Assembly: GCA_964016885.1 (NCBI GenBank) | Contig: OZ024744.1 | Span: 54,188,001-54,252,000 of the forward strand | Direction of reading: 5' to 3' | Source: Eledone cirrhosa | Lineage: Eukaryota | DNA: 64,000 bases | Shown here: positions 11,271-25,114 of the stretch, piece by piece | How the letters are laid out: every line of letters begins with the position of its first letter | How positions within the stretch are numbered: the stretch's first letter is position 1 | The notes under the pieces: generated by a model | Told to the model about the DNA's origin: nothing | The model's database searches: none | Seen by the model: only the letters and a program-made list of their open reading frames with translations | Made by a program: the position numbers and the translations under genes

Positions 11271-12919
11271 TCAACTGCTACAAAGGTAAAGGTGATGCAC
11301 TAGATAGAGGAAACTATAGAGGTATACAGCTTATGGACCAGGTCATGAAAATAAGGGAAAGAGTTATAGCACAGTTGTTTAGGGACCGGGTGAAACTAGA
11401 TGAGATGCAATTTGAGTTTGTACCAGGAAAAGGCACCACTGAAGCCCTCTTCCTTGTGAGGCAGCTAGAGGAAAAGTACCTAGCTAAAAGTAAGCTGCTT
11501 TAACTGGCATTTGTCGATCTGGAAAAAGCCTTCGACAGAGTCCCCCATGCTATTATCTGTGGGCTCTTAGAAAACTAGGAGTAGATGAATGGCGTAGAAT
11601 TTAACATACAGGATGAGTTTAAGACCGGATGCCCATGGGAACTCCTGTATGTGGATGATCTCGCACTTATAGCTGAATCCATGGTGGAACTAAAGAAGAA
11701 ATTCCAAACATGGATGCAGGGACAAGAAAGACCTTAGTCTTTGTCAGAGTCAACCTGACAAAGACTAAGGTTCTTGTAGACGAGAAAACACAACTCAGAT
11801 ATCCTCAAGGAAATGGCCTTGCTCAGTATGTAGGAAAGGTGTAGGTAGGAACTCCATCCTCTTCCTCAAATGCAAACAATGGGTACACAAGTGATGTAGT
11901 GGGATCTCAGGAAGTTTAACTAAGAATGTAGGCTTCATATGTAGCAGCTGTGCTGGGACAGCAAGCAGTGAACGACCACAGGAAACAAGCACCACCAAAC
12001 TCTGGGATGGCTCTTTAGAAACAGTAGATAGCTTCTGCTACCTAGGTGACTGAATTAGCAGCAGAGGTGGGTGTTCGGAAAGTACAATAACTAGGGTAAG
12101 AACGGGATGGAAGAAGTTCAGGGAGCTACTGCTACTGCTAGCTGCAAAAGGCATTTTGCTCAAAGTGAAAGGCAGACTGTATGATGCGTGTATACGAACA
12201 GCAATGTTACATGGAAGTGAAAGCTGGGCGCTGTCTGTAGAAGACTTACGTAGATTAGAAAGAAACGAAGCCTGCATGCTCCGATGGATGTGAAATAGTA
12301 ATATACGCGAACGGAAAAAGCATAAACGAATTGAGAGAGAGACTGAGCATAAAAGGAATTAAATGCTGTGTGCAGGAGAGGCGGTTGCGTTGGTATGGAC
12401 ATGTGATGCGTATGAAGGATGACAGCTGCATAAAAAGGTGCAGAGTACTAGAAGTTGATGGAAACCGCGGAATGGCGAGACCCAAGAAGACCTGGAATGA
12501 CCTTACCCAATTAAACCTCTCAAAGGCGATGACACAAGACTGTGACCTCTGGCGTCACGCAGTAATACAGAAGACCCGACCCCCCACAGGTACAAGCCGA
12601 AGCTGAAGCATATAGACAATATTCCCCCATCCCCTGCCTCCCATCCCCCACTGCAAAGTGGTCGTAGAGGTGCCACAGCAAAAAAGCACCCAGCCCACAC
12701 TGTCAAGTGCACATGTAGACACCATGGAAAAAAGCACCCAGCACTCACTGTAAATGAGGTTGGTGTTAGGAAGAGCATCCAACTGTAGAAATCAAGCCAA
12801 AATCAGTTCCTGTATGAGCAAGACAAGTCAGCCGACTGGACACTGCCCACAATAGGACACCCCGTCTAACCCATGCTAGTATGGAAGAACGGATGTAAAA
12901 CGGTGATGATGATGATGAT
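11271..12919 (+). mobile_element. 5'-truncated, internally deleted RTE-clade LINE
   Basis: Degenerate NCYKGKGD..NYRGI, FVDLEKAFDRVP, GCPWELLYVDDL, RRLRWYGHVMR; 3' UTR and (GAT)n tail. Confidence 0.9.
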
Positions 12920-13049
12920 ATTGTCGTTTATTTAATCAACTAGATCTATTTATACGGTTTGTTCTGTCAATGACATGCTTCCTTATCCCACAAATCTAAA
13001 ACTTCCAAAAGAAGTAAAGTGTGGATAGTCATATGTGGGATGTCTTGAA

Positions 13050-13084
13050 TTATGAGAGAAACATTCTACAGTTTCCCACTGGTC
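13050..13084 (-). CDS. Candidate terminal exon copy 2 (RPVGNCRMFLS*)
   Basis: CTGTTACTTCAG acceptor, phase 1, minus AATAAA at 12927-12932. Confidence 0.4.
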
Positions 13085-13540
13085 CTGAAGTAACAGATAT
13101 ATATAGTGGTTTAACCAAATATTTAGAGTACTGGCTCATGTAGTGTATAAGAGGATGCAGTGTATGAACAATGAAGGGAGTCAAGAAATTGTGAAGAACT
13201 ATAGGATGATGTTTTGTTAAAGATGAGAATACTGATCTGTGAGATAATTCCATCTACCTCAATGAATCTAGTGCAACATTTATCTTCTGATTTGAACCAC
13301 ATGTAATGTCATTCTTTCTCAGTTATCTCTGATAATGCCCTAAATAAGTCTATCTTTACTTTTGTCCTCATTAAAAGGTCTCTGAGCAAGTCAATAAAAT
13401 GTTTATTCTGGATTATGTTAGGTGAGTTTGTAATATAGAGTTTGATATTCTTGACTGAATTAAGTAGTTGTAAATTCACTGTTGAAAACCTAAATAAGTT
13501 ACTGAATAACTTATTCGATGATGTTTAAATTATAACTTAC

Positions 13541-13600
13541 TCTTTTCAGCTGATTTACGCTTGATTGGTGCAGTGCGAGGCGACACTGTAATATGGTCAC
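13541..13600 (-). CDS. 60-nt micro-exon ([20 protein letters not shown])
   Basis: CTAG acceptor, GTAAGT donor, phase 1-1. Confidence 0.75.
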
Positions 13601-13754
13601 CTAGCATATATAAACAAAATCAAAGTAAACCTACATGTATATATACATTACAAATACAGGAAACAGTTATTGGATTCATTATCTCTGATATATACATATA
13701 TATACCAGGTCCAAACACAAATGGACCAAACTGCCGCTGTCCCTGCCATTTATA

Positions 13755-14937
13755 TCATCATCATCATCATCATCATCTTACGTCCGCTTTTCCCTGCTTG
13801 CAAGGGTGGGACGTGTCCTATTCAGCACAACATCTCTCCACTTGTCATGGTCCTTCGTCATCTCCACCATGAGCTTGAGCACTCTGAGGTCTGCTCTCAC
13901 CACCTCCACCCATGTTTTTCGTGTTCAGCCTCTACTACGTCTTCCTTCTACTGGCATTTCCTGGCACTTCTTCACCCATCGGTCATCCGCATCGCATGTC
14001 CATACAATCGCAGTCTCCTCTCCCGCACACTACAATCTATCCCTCTCAGACACAGTTTCTCTCTCAACACATCCATGCTTGGCTGTTCATGCACATTGAC
14101 TTTGCACATCCAATGGAGCATGTTTGCCTCATTTCTCTCCAGCCGTCACATATCTTTGCGCTCCTCACACAGGCATCATATAACCGGCCGTTCATATGCA
14201 GGGAGAAACCGTTCTTCGTCAGCAGAGGAAGGAGCTACCTACACCTCTTCCAACTCATCCTTATTCTAGATACTATGGCCTCGGAACACCACCCTCCCAT
14301 GCTAATCTGATCACCTAGGTACCTGAAGCTATCAACTACTTCTATAGCACCCACCTGCATTGGAAAAATGTGTCTATCAATGCGACTTCTACTGTTAAAT
14401 TTCCCTATACATCTACTGCATACGTATTTCTCCCTACCTGTTAGTTTACCTGCTATCCCACTACATCTTTGTGTACCCAGGATCTGCATTGTGTGCATTT
14501 TATAGAATTTATGCCAGTTCCTTTTCTGCATTTCGAACATGGCCATTTCCCTGACGGAATCAGCGATTTGTTCTCTTTTCTACTCATCAACACTTCTGTC
14601 TTAGCTAGGTTCACTCTCAGTCCTCTTGATTCCAACTGCTGTTTCCATAGCCAGAATTTATTATCTAGCTCCTCTACTGATTCTGCTATAAGGACCAGAT
14701 CGTCAGCATAGAGAAACTCCCATGGACAGCCAGTCTTAAACTCCTTTATTATGGCTTGGAGGACTATAATAAACAAGAGCTGGCTGAGGACCGAACCCTG
14801 ATGTACTCCTACTTGTATCTGGAATTCCTCACTAAACTCCATTCCTACCCTCACTATACTGACAGCAGTTCTGTACAAATTTTGCACTGTCCTCACAAGC
14901 CATTCCTCAACACCAAGTTTCCTTAAGAACCACCAGA
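13755..14937 (-). mobile_element. 5'-truncated RTE-clade LINE
   Basis: [36 protein letters not shown]; (CAT)n tail on the + strand at ~13755. Confidence 0.9.
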
Positions 14938-15154
14938 TATATACGTAAAACGCAGTAAGACCTCTTGGTTGAATATGATACATAATTTGGAGAATCCGTT
15001 GAGATAAGTTCAAGTTTATTATTATTATTCGTATCTCCAAGAATTTTCGGTTCGCATGAGATTTGTACATATTTATATATATATATATTTATATATATAT
15101 ATGTAGGTATGTGACATGTACATATGTATATATATATGTATATATGTATATATG

Positions 15155-15243
<89 letters not shown>

Positions 15244-15289
15244 GTGTATGTATATGTGATGTGAATGTTAATATTTAAATTTGTGCTTA

Positions 15290-18200
15290 TGGCCATATTT
15301 CCTTCTCACTTCCCACCTCCACCACATTTGGTATATATGCCTGATGCTGTACGATAACCGCTCCCTTGTGAATATATTATTGAACTGACAAGGGGTGGAC
15401 AGAGGCTCTGTAAGCCGTAGTGTAGGCAACCCATCTAGGAGAGCTATCACTCCGAATAAATTGTTGCAGGGTAGAGAATTCCCCTAAGTCCAGTAAGAAA
15501 ACTTCCCTAGTGCTGGTGGCACGAATAAAAGCACTCAGTCCATGCTGTAAAATGAAGTGGTAAAGAAGGCCCTGAGTCCAGTAAGACAATCTCTTTAGTG
15601 CTGTGGCACGAATAAAAGCACCCAGTCCATGCTGTAAAGTGGTGCTGGTGTTAGGAAGGGCATCCAACCCGTATATATACTACTCCTAAACACAGAAACA
15701 ACACTAACCATGTTAGGGCTGCGCATGGTAGGGGGTGGCTAGTGAGGCCATGTGTGAGAACCCCACGACCGTCATCAAGCAATCGCACAACAGGAAATAG
15801 AACAAGACATCGCATCTCAGAGTTTCCACACTTAATGTTGGCACTCTAATAGGTAGATCTGGTGTGATAGCGGAGATGCTGGAGAGAAGGCATGTGGATG
15901 TGTGCTGTGTGCAAGAGAGGAGATGGAAAGGTGCTTCTGCAAGACTAATCGCAAGCAAACATCGTAGTTATAAGCTTTTCTGGGTGGGTAATGATGATGG
16001 GTTAGGTGGGGTGGGCATATTTCTGGCTGAGAGGTGGATCAATAAGACAATAGAAGTAGTTAGAGTTAGTGATAGAATAATTAAGCTTAGATTAGTTGTA
16101 GGCAAGAGACTACTGACAATCATCTCTGCCTATACTCCCCAGGCAGGCCTAGGTAAAGAAGAGAAAGACTGCTTTTACGAGCAACTTTTACAAACAGCCT
16201 CAATGACAGAGGACAGAGACATCGTTATGCTAGCAGGGGACTTCAATGGACATGTTGGACAGCTCCAGGATGGATACACTGGGGTACATGCTGGGCACGG
16301 TTACGGCTTAAGAAAAGAAGGAGTGAGGCTTCTTGAATTTTGTGATGCAAATGCACTAACCATTTGCAACACTAACTTCCAGAAGCCTACCAACCACCTA
16401 ATAACCTACAAATCAGGCGAGCACATAAACCAGATTGACATCCTGCTAGTTAGATAGCGAGACAGACAAATGGCGTCAAATACTAAGGCAAACCCTGGGG
16501 AAGAATGTACCCCACAGCATAATTTGTCGTTAGTGACATCTCAGTAAGCATGAGAAAGAATGAGACATACAGGGAGGTTTTGAAAAGAAAGGTGTGGAAA
16601 CTAAAAGACCTTTCATTAAAATATAAATTTAGCAAAGCTCTTCAAGACGTGTATGACGAAAAAGAAGACGATTTAGAGTTGTATGACAGATGATAACTGG
16701 AAGTTCTTACATGACAACTTACTGCAGACTACTGAAGAAACTTGTGGTTGGGCAGAGCTTCAACCAGACAGAGAGTGACCTGGTGGTGGAACAGCACGGT
16801 AGATAGGGCCATTAGAGACAAAAGACTGGCATGGAAGGCTTGGAAAAATGGTGGGAGTAGGGAAGGATACACAGCTGCTAGGAGAGAAGCTAGACATCAG
16901 GTGTACTTAGCATGCAGGGAGGCTGAGCATAGGTTTGCCAATGTTCTGCGACGGGAAGATCAGAGACGTGCGGTGTTCTGCATTGCAAGGCAGTGTGTCA
17001 GTGAAAATCAAGGTGTTGTTGGAGATACATGTGTCCGGAATGATGCCGGTGTACTTTGTGTCATGAATGATAAAAAAAGGAGGCCTGGAAATGTCACTAT
17101 GAGAGACTGATGAATGTGGAGAATGAATGGGACAGAGAGAAATTACCCCCAGTAGACCCAACAGAGGGACCAGCTATTGAGATTGACGAATATAGGGTAC
17201 AAGAAGTAATTAAAGAAATGAAGAATGGTAAGGCTGCTGGACCGTCGGGGATAGTTGCTGAGATGCTGAAGGCATCAGGTGAAGTAGGTATTAAACTGGT
17301 TGCATGCATCAGCAATCAAGCTATATATGGTGGTGTCATACCCAAAGACTGGTGCAGCAGTATTCCCATAAATTGCTACAAAGGTAAAGGGGATACTCTA
17401 GAGAGGAGCAATTATAGGGGCATAAAGCTGATGGATCAGGTTATGAAAGTGGCAGAGGGAATATTAGCGCAACTAATTAGAGAAAGGGTCAAATTAGATG
17501 AGATGCAGTTTGGTTTTGTGCCTCGGAAAAGTACAACAGATGCTATCTTCTTAGTGAGGCAACTACAAGAGAAGTTCTTAGAGAAGAATAAGCCACTCTA
17601 CTTAGCTTTTGTTGACCTAGAGAAGGCCTTTAATAGGGTACCCAGATCTGTCATCTGGTGGTCCTTAAGGAAACTAGGTGAGGAGGAATGGCTTGTGAGG
17701 GCAGTTCAAGCTATGTACAGGGATGCTGTCAGTAAAGTGAGAGTAGGTATGGAGTTTAGTGAGGAATTCCAGATACAAGTAGGTGTACATAAGGGTTTGG
17801 TCCTCAGCCCTCTCTTGTTCATTATAGTTCTCCAAGCCATAACAAAGGTGTTTAAGACTGGATGCGCATGGAAACTTCTATATGCTGATGATCTGCCTCT
17901 TATAGCAGAATCAGTAGAGCAGCTAGAGAATAAATTCTGGTTATGGAAACAACAGTTGGAATCAAGAGGACTGAGAGTGAACATAGCTAAGGCAAAAGTG
18001 TTGATAAGTAGAAGAGAGGACAATACTCCGATTCCATCAGGGAAATGGCCATGTTCGAAATGTAGAAAAGGAACTGGCATAAACTCTATATAATGTAAGC
18101 AATGCAGATCTTGGGTACACAAGGAATGTAGTGTGATAGCAGGCAAACTAACAGGTAGGGAAACTACGTATGCAGTACATGTACAGGGAAAGTTGGCAGT

Positions 18201-18850
18201 ATTAATCGCAGTGAGAGACACATTTTTCCAATGCAGGTGGGTTCTATAGAAGTGGTTGATAGCTTCCGGTACGTAGGTGATCGGATTAGCATGGGAGGGG
18301 CGTGTTCCGAGGCCATAGTATCTAGAATAAGGATGGGCTGGAAGAAGTTTAGGGAGCTGCTTCCTTTGTTGACAAAGAAGGGTTTCTCCCTGCATACGAT
18401 TATATGATGCCTGTGTGAGATGCGCGATGATGCATGGTAGTGAGACATGGTTAGCAACTGCAGAGGATATGCGACGGCTGGAGAGAAATGAAGCAAGTAT
18501 GCTCCATTGGATGTGCAATGTCAATGTGCGTGAGCGACCAAGCATGGACGAGTTGAGAAAGAAACTGGGTATAAGAGGGATAAGTTGTGGTGTGCAGGAG
18601 AGAAGGCTGAGATGGTATGGACATGTGATGCGCATGGAAGATGACCGCTGGGTAAAGATGTGCCAAGAAATCCCAGTAGAAGGAAGACGCAGTAGAGGTA
18701 GACCACGTAAGACATGGGCGGACCTGAGATCGCTAAAACTCACCGAGGACATGACGAAGGACCGTGACAAGTGGAGAGATGCTGTCCTGAATAGGACCCG
18801 TTCAACCCTTGCAAGCAGGGAAAAGCGGACGTAAAATGATGATGATGATG
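15290..18850 (+). mobile_element. Near full-length RTE-clade LINE, frameshifted (APE endonuclease + RT + PHD-like finger)
   Basis: TLNVGTL, VCCVQE, SAYTPQ, AGDFNGHVG, QIDIL (APE, ~15820-16550); QFGFVP, FVDLEKAF, LLYADDL (RT, 17110-18000); RRLRWYGHVMR, RGRPRKTW; (GAT)n tail; 5' boundary approximate. Confidence 0.92.
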
Positions 18851-18929
18851 TATATATATGTATACGTATACATATATATATATGTATACATATATATATA
18901 TATATATGTATATATATGTATATTAATAT

Positions 18930-19447
18930 ATAGGTTATGTTGGTATGGAAATATGATGCGTATCAAGGATGACAACTGCATAAAAAGGTGCAGAGCACTA
19001 GAAGTCTTGGGGAGACCCAAGAAGACCTGGGATGAGGTGATAAATGCCGACCTTACCTATTTGCAACTCTCAAGGGCAATGACACACGACCTTGACCTCT
19101 GGCATCATGCAGAAATACAGAAGACCAGACTTCCCAAGGAACAAGTTGAAGCTAAAACAATATGCCCCCACCCTCCACTGCAAAGTGGTCGTGGAGGTGC
19201 CACGGTAATAAAAGCATCAGCCCACACTGTAAAATAGACGTGTAGGCGCCATGGAATAAAAGCACCCAGCACTCACTGTAAATGAGGTTGGTGTTAGGAA
19301 GGGCATCCAGCTGTAGAAGTCAAGCCAGAATCAGTTCCTGTGTGAGCAAGACAAGGTCATCCAACTGGACACTGCCTACAACAGGACAGACCATCTAACT
19401 CATGCTAGCGTTGAAGAACGGACATGAAACGGTCATGATGATGATGA
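18930..19447 (+). mobile_element. RTE-clade LINE 3' fragment
   Basis: RLCWYGNMMR..GRPKKTW, 3' UTR homologous to 12600-12919, (GAT)n tail. Confidence 0.85.
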
Positions 19448-19592
19448 TTATGTCGTTTATTTAGATCCATTTATACAGTTTATTTAGATCCATTTATACA
19501 GTTTGTTCTGTCAATGACATGCTTCCTTATCCCACAAATCTAAAACTTCCGAAAGAAATAAAGTGTGGTTAGTCATATGTGGGGTGTCTAAA

Positions 19593-19627
19593 TTATGAAA
19601 CAAATATTCTACAGTTTCCTACTGGTC
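19593..19627 (-). CDS. Candidate terminal exon copy 3 (GPVGNCRIFVS*)
   Basis: CTGTTCTTCAG acceptor, phase 1, minus AATAAA at 19456-19461 and 19479-19484. Confidence 0.4.
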
Positions 19628-20081
19628 CTGAAGAACAGATATATATAGTCGTTTAACCAAATATTTAGGGTACTGGCTGATGTAGTGGATAAGAGGATGC
19701 AGTGTATGAAGAGCGAAGGGAGACAAGAAATGGTGAAGAACTGTAAGATGAAGTTTTATTAAAGATGAGAATACTGATCTGTGAGGTAATTCCATCTACC
19801 TCAATGAATCTAGTGCAGCATTTATCTTCTCATTTTAGCCACACGTATTGTTATTCTTTCTCAGCTATCTCTGATCATGCCCTAAAAAAGTCTATCTTTA
19901 CTTTTGTCCTCATTACAAGGTCTCTGAAGAAGTCAATAAAATGTTTATTCTGGAGTATGTTAGGGAGTTTGTAATATAGAGTGTGATATTCTTGACTGAA
20001 TTTAGTAGTTGTAAATTTACTGTTGAAAACCTTAATAAATTACTGAATAACTTATTAGATGATGTTCAAATTATAACTTAC

Positions 20082-20141
20082 CCTTTTCAGTTGATTTACG
20101 CTTGATTGAAGGACTGTGAGGGGACACTGTAATATGGTAAT
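20082..20141 (-). pseudogene. 60-nt micro-exon copy with mutated acceptor (xYHITVSPHSPSIKRKSTEK)
   Basis: GTAAGT donor intact; acceptor reads TG instead of AG. Confidence 0.6.
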
Positions 20142-20231
20142 CAATAATATATTAACAAAATCATAGTAAATCTATATGTATATATACAAATAACATTACA
20201 AATACAGGAAACAGTTATTAGATTCATTATA

Positions 20232-20262
<31 letters not shown>

Positions 20263-20672
20263 CACCAGGTCCAAACCCAAATGGACCAAACTCGCACTGT
20301 CCCTGCCATTTATATATATATACATATATAAGGAAAGGATTCAGGACGCCAACTGCTTAGCTCCATAAATATACATTTACTACTAAATTTTCCATAATCA
20401 TGGCAACAGTCCTAATAAAGAAAATTAGACTTACATACACACGCACAGAGAGTGCACACAGAACCTCACACTCACACAAACACAAACAGGACTCGCACAG
20501 AACCTAACACACAGACTCAAAAAAGCATCACCGGACAAACACATCCAAACAAGTACACAATGAATTTATATACAACCCAATAAACCTATATGTATACATC
20601 AAAATACACATAACACCAGCATCACTTCATTTATATATGTACTCGCTGTTTTATTCATTAGTTCCACCATAC

Positions 20673-23600
20673 CAAATCTCCACATACCTCTTGCCGAATC
20701 TAGACGCATTGAGAATGCCACTGAATCTGTAAACCACAAAGTGATTGCCATTGGTGAACCAGAAGACATAGTTAACCTACAGACATTTGCTGCCAGTTCA
20801 TCCAAAGACTTGGGCCGTGCACCCACGAAGCGTGTTCTAAGCCTTGGCCGACCAGGCATGAAACCCAGGCTAATTAGACTGTTTTTTTCAAACTCAACTA
20901 AGGCACGTTCATATCTTTTAGCCTCTGATAAAGCTAGTCGTGAAAGTCTGATTGCCTTCCGAACACGCCCTGGTCTTTCAACTGATGTCCGCCCAAAGCT
21001 GCGTGCTGCAGATTCCTTACACCGCAGCTCGGCAGCACATGAAAACTTCAGCCTACGTGTTGATGGGCAGATATGGATAACTGGCTACTACCTGTTTCGT
21101 AAAGACCGCAATAATCATCGTGGTGTATTGGTCTACATTCGGTCAAATTTTTCGGCAATTCCTCGTGTTGATTTGAACCAATCGCAGCAGGAAGTATTTT
21201 TCTGCGGTATACATATGACCATGTCAACACTTCTTCTTGGTATTGTTTACCATCCCCAAATTACCTTCAGGACACGCAACTTTGTGACATCCTCAGAGTT
21301 TCTGCCAGGAAAACAGCCACTTATGTTTTTATTGCAGGGGACTTCAATCATCCTGAGATTGACTGGGAAAGCTTTCGTTGGCCGCCAAGTGCAAATGACT
21401 TCCTTGAGCTAGTGCTGGACTCAAACTGGTCCCAAGTAGCCACCTCCACAACAAGAGGTGACAACACTTTGGACCTACTCTTCACCACTACTCCTGAAAT
21501 GGTTATTAGTGTTACTACTGAGGAACCTTTAGGTGACTCTGATCATGCTATGACCATTGCCAATCTATCCCCCATGGGCAGTAACAAAAGCCGCAACCAT
21601 CAACAAACTGCTCACTTTGACTGGAATAAAGCAGACTGGAACTGTTACTGTACCAAGTTGCAACGTCCAAACTGGCTTGAGTTTTACGACTCTGGAGATA
21701 TCAACACTGTACTCCAGCAGATCCTGAGCTCAAAATTGACAGCATGTGCAGCATCGGTGCCACGTAAGCAGAAAAAACATCCCAAAAGTGCAATTTGGGA
21801 GACTGCTGCAGTGGGTCCTGCCAGAAAATAACGTTGTAATGCTGAACGTGAGTACAAACTGCATAAATCAGATGTCAATAAGAAGAAGCCAAATAAATCA
21901 TCCAACCATCTCAAACAGGTGACAAAAAAGGCAGTGTTTCAATTTGAGCAGCATATAGTAACCAGCCCTGACAGTAAGGTGTTCTGGAAGTATGTTCACT
22001 CAAAGCAGAGGCCTCACTCTCCAGTTGGTCCTCTTTGCAATCCCCACACAGGCCAGGTTACTGACGACCCCAAGGAATGCGCAGAGCTCATTTCTGAATG
22101 CTATACAGGCACATTCCCTATTGAAGATCAGAGTGTACCGTCTCCACCATCTTTGAATTCGGATTCTATTACAACTGTCGAATTTACACCTGCAATGCTG
22201 CGACGTCACCTTGAAAATAAATGCAACCATGCCTCTCCTGGTCTTGATGGTGTTACGTACCTGCTTCTCAAATGTGGTGGGTACTTCTTTCTGCACCAGA
22301 TATCACGCTTCTTCCAATTCTGTCTGAAAAACGGTGCTACTCCAGAACAGTGGAAAACTGCCAGTGTCATTCCTCTGTTCAAAAGGATGAATGCATATCA
22401 CCTGTGAACTATCGTCTAGTCAGTCTTACTAGCTGCATTGATGGAATCCTGTGTCAGAGAAATGCTTTGGAACTTCTGGAACTCTCACAGTCTTATCTGG
22501 CCCTCGCAATTTGGATTTATCCCTAACTCAAGCTGCTGTGATCAATTTATCGAGTTTCTTGAAGACATCACCCAGATCACTGATGGCGGCTCACGGCTGG
22601 ATATTGTTTACCATGACTTTGCTAAAGTTTACAATTCTGTTCCACACAAAAGACTTATGGCAAAACTATCTGCAATGGGTGTGAAGGATGATCTTTCTTA
22701 ACTGGTTGAAGTCCTTCATTCTCAGTCGAAGAGAAGTAGTCACGTTTCTAGGACGGCATTCTTCTCCATATGAAATATCATCTGATGTACCACAGGGATC
22801 TGTCCTTGGCTCCCTTTTGTTTGTGGCATATATTAATGCCATAGAAGCCTACTTAAAGAATGCCACAGTACGGAAATATGTAGATGACATCAAGCTGTAT
22901 CTTGAGATAAAAAGGACAGATCCTGAACACTCTAGATCTTGCCTGCTATCTCACCTGGACACAATGCAACAATGGATGACAGACTGGCAACTCAAGCCAG
23001 CTGTTGACAAGTGCACATCCATGCATTTTGGGAGTAAAAACCCAGCATGCACATACTCCCTCCACAACACTAATATCAAGAAGTCTTCTTGTGAACGTGA
23101 CCTAGGCATTACAGTCAGCAGCAATTTCTGTGGGACGAAGCACGTCTCTAAAATTGTCAAGAAGGCCGAGGGTGTCTTAGCATCTCTCAGCAAGACCTTT
23201 GTCAGCCGCTCTCCAGCTATCTATTTAAAGCTGTACATAGCTATGGTGCGGCCACACTTACAATTTACATCACCAGTCTGGAATCCCTATCTTGCTCAGA
23301 ACATTGACTGCCTGGAAACTGATCAGAGACGTGCAAGCAAGCGAATACCCTCCATCGGGCATCTACTATACTCTGAACGTCTTGTTTCCCTGGACATGGA
23401 TACATTGAAGCTCCGACGTCTGGCAACTGACTTGGTAAACACCCACAGAATTATTAACCATCTTGCCAACAACAACCCTGAATACCTTTTTGATTTAAAT
23501 GGTTCTAACACACGTGGGCATGCCCACAACGTCAGAAAACAGCTCAGCTCCCATGACTTTCACAAACATATTGTCACGCTCAGAGTTGCTGAAGAATGGA

Positions 23601-23831
23601 ACAAACTCCCTGCACCTGTTGTTAGCTGTCGAGACACTGCATCCTTTAAAACATCCATGCTTCCTGAGATTCGCCAACACTACACCTAATATTCCCCCTC
23701 CATACACATGCACACCTGTATAACATGACTCATACACTATTCACTTCCCTGACATTTGTATATTATTCTATGTACTATAAATGCACCTTTGATGAGTTGT
23801 AGTGCACCTGATCACTGTACACAATAATTTC

Positions 23832-23833
<2 letters not shown>
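20673..23833 (+). mobile_element. CR1-type LINE, dead copy A (ORF1 C-terminus, APE, RT, 3' UTR)
   Basis: LGRP..PRLIRLFF (ORF1 end), AGDFNHPEIDW, TRGDNTLDLLFT, SPGLDG, DFAKVYNSVPH, PQGSVLGSLLF, KYVDDIKL, ERDLGI, VRPHL..SPVWNP, WNKLP. Confidence 0.9.
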
Positions 23834-23893
<60 letters not shown>

Positions 23894-23932
23894 CATTCTC
23901 TGTCTCCATAAAATAATTCGTAAGGTAAAAAT

Positions 23933-24040
23933 ATATTGGTTTCTGATTTAGGACCAGGCCTTCAATTTAGGGAAAGTCAATAAAATCGACCCACTGCATT
24001 AGTGGTACTTTATTTATCGAACCCATAAGTATAAAAAGTA
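23933..24040 (-). mobile_element. Decayed SINE fragment (same family as 310-470); paralogs at ~39356, ~48223, ~61553
   Basis: TGGTACTTTATTTATCGAACCC matches the reverse complement of the SINE core. Confidence 0.55.
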
Positions 24041-24435
24041 TAGGAAAAGTAGGAAGGGGGAGGTACAAATAAAATAAAAACAATAATATGCTGCTCAAAG
24101 TTACCAGGTGCATGTGAGGGAATTTCTTTTAGGATATTATCACAATGAGGACACATGCTCTAAAATAGGGGAGTAGACTCTTACTTCCTGCTCCATAATT
24201 ACAGTAAGTGCGATTGTGAATGACCTTGAAGTATATGTTTGGCTAACAGAGAAAAAGGGAGGTAAATCTTCCTATCTCGAAGAAGAAATAAAATTGTTCC
24301 TTCTCCAGGAATGGTGTGTTGAGTACTACAGTCTGGCATGATAAGATTAAAAGAAAAATACTAATTGTCATTTTACCTGCAATATCCCATATGTGTGTAT
24401 ATGACAGGTAGAAAGTGTTTGTATATGTATAAACA

Positions 24436-24475
<40 letters not shown>

Positions 24476-24522
24476 TCTCTATCTATCTATCTCTCTCTCT
24501 CTCTCTTTATCTCTCTCTCTAC

Positions 24523-24556
<34 letters not shown>

Positions 24557-24716
24557 TTCTCTCTTCATATGCATATATATATGTACACACACAACACACA
24601 CAGACACATATATATATATATGTGTATAAGTGTGTGTGTGGTGTGTGGTGTATGTGCGTGTGCACACTCACACCAACCACCATTACTTATTACATGATGT
24701 TCAAATTATAACTTAC

Positions 24717-24776
24717 TTTTTTTTGTAGGTTCAGTCTTCATTGAAGCAATGCGAGGAGACACTGTAATATGGTCAC
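24717..24776 (-). CDS. 60-nt micro-exon ([20 protein letters not shown])
   Basis: TTCTAG/GTAAGT, phase 1-1. Confidence 0.75.
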
Positions 24777-24926
24777 CTAGAATATATAAACAGAATCATA
24801 GTAAACCTACATGTATATATACAAATAACATTACAAATACAGGAAACAGTTATTAGATTCATTATCTCTGATATATACATATATACACTAGGTCCAAGCA
24901 CAAATGACCAAACTCCCTTTGTACCT

Positions 24927-24984
<58 letters not shown>

Positions 24985-25054
24985 CATGTATTTATATATA
25001 TAGAGAAAGGATAAATTACTGAATATATTAGATGATGTACAAATTATAACTTAC

Positions 25055-25114
25055 CCTTTTTAGTTGATTTTTGTTCCCTTGAAGCAATGCGAGGGGACAC
25101 TGTAATATGGTCAC
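25055..25114 (-). CDS. 60-nt micro-exon ([20 protein letters not shown])
   Basis: TTCTAG/GTAAGT, phase 1-1. Confidence 0.75.

Noticed and set aside
13100-13490. Larger minus-strand exon after TTATTTAG at ~13490
   Set aside because: Would need a ~50-nt intron, has an in-frame stop, and the paralog at 19640-20030 lacks the AG and has more stops.
15290-18850. Active autonomous RTE
   Set aside because: ORF broken by several stops and frameshifts (e.g. 16457, 18093).
20399-20672. Recurring MATVLIKKIRLTYT ORFs before each LINE copy
   Set aside because: Frames and stops differ among paralogs; CA-rich intronic spacer copied by duplication.
24185-24225. Possible extra minus-strand exon ending at a GTAAGA donor
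   Set aside because: Best acceptor is a weak AAG giving 40 nt, not frame-preserving.
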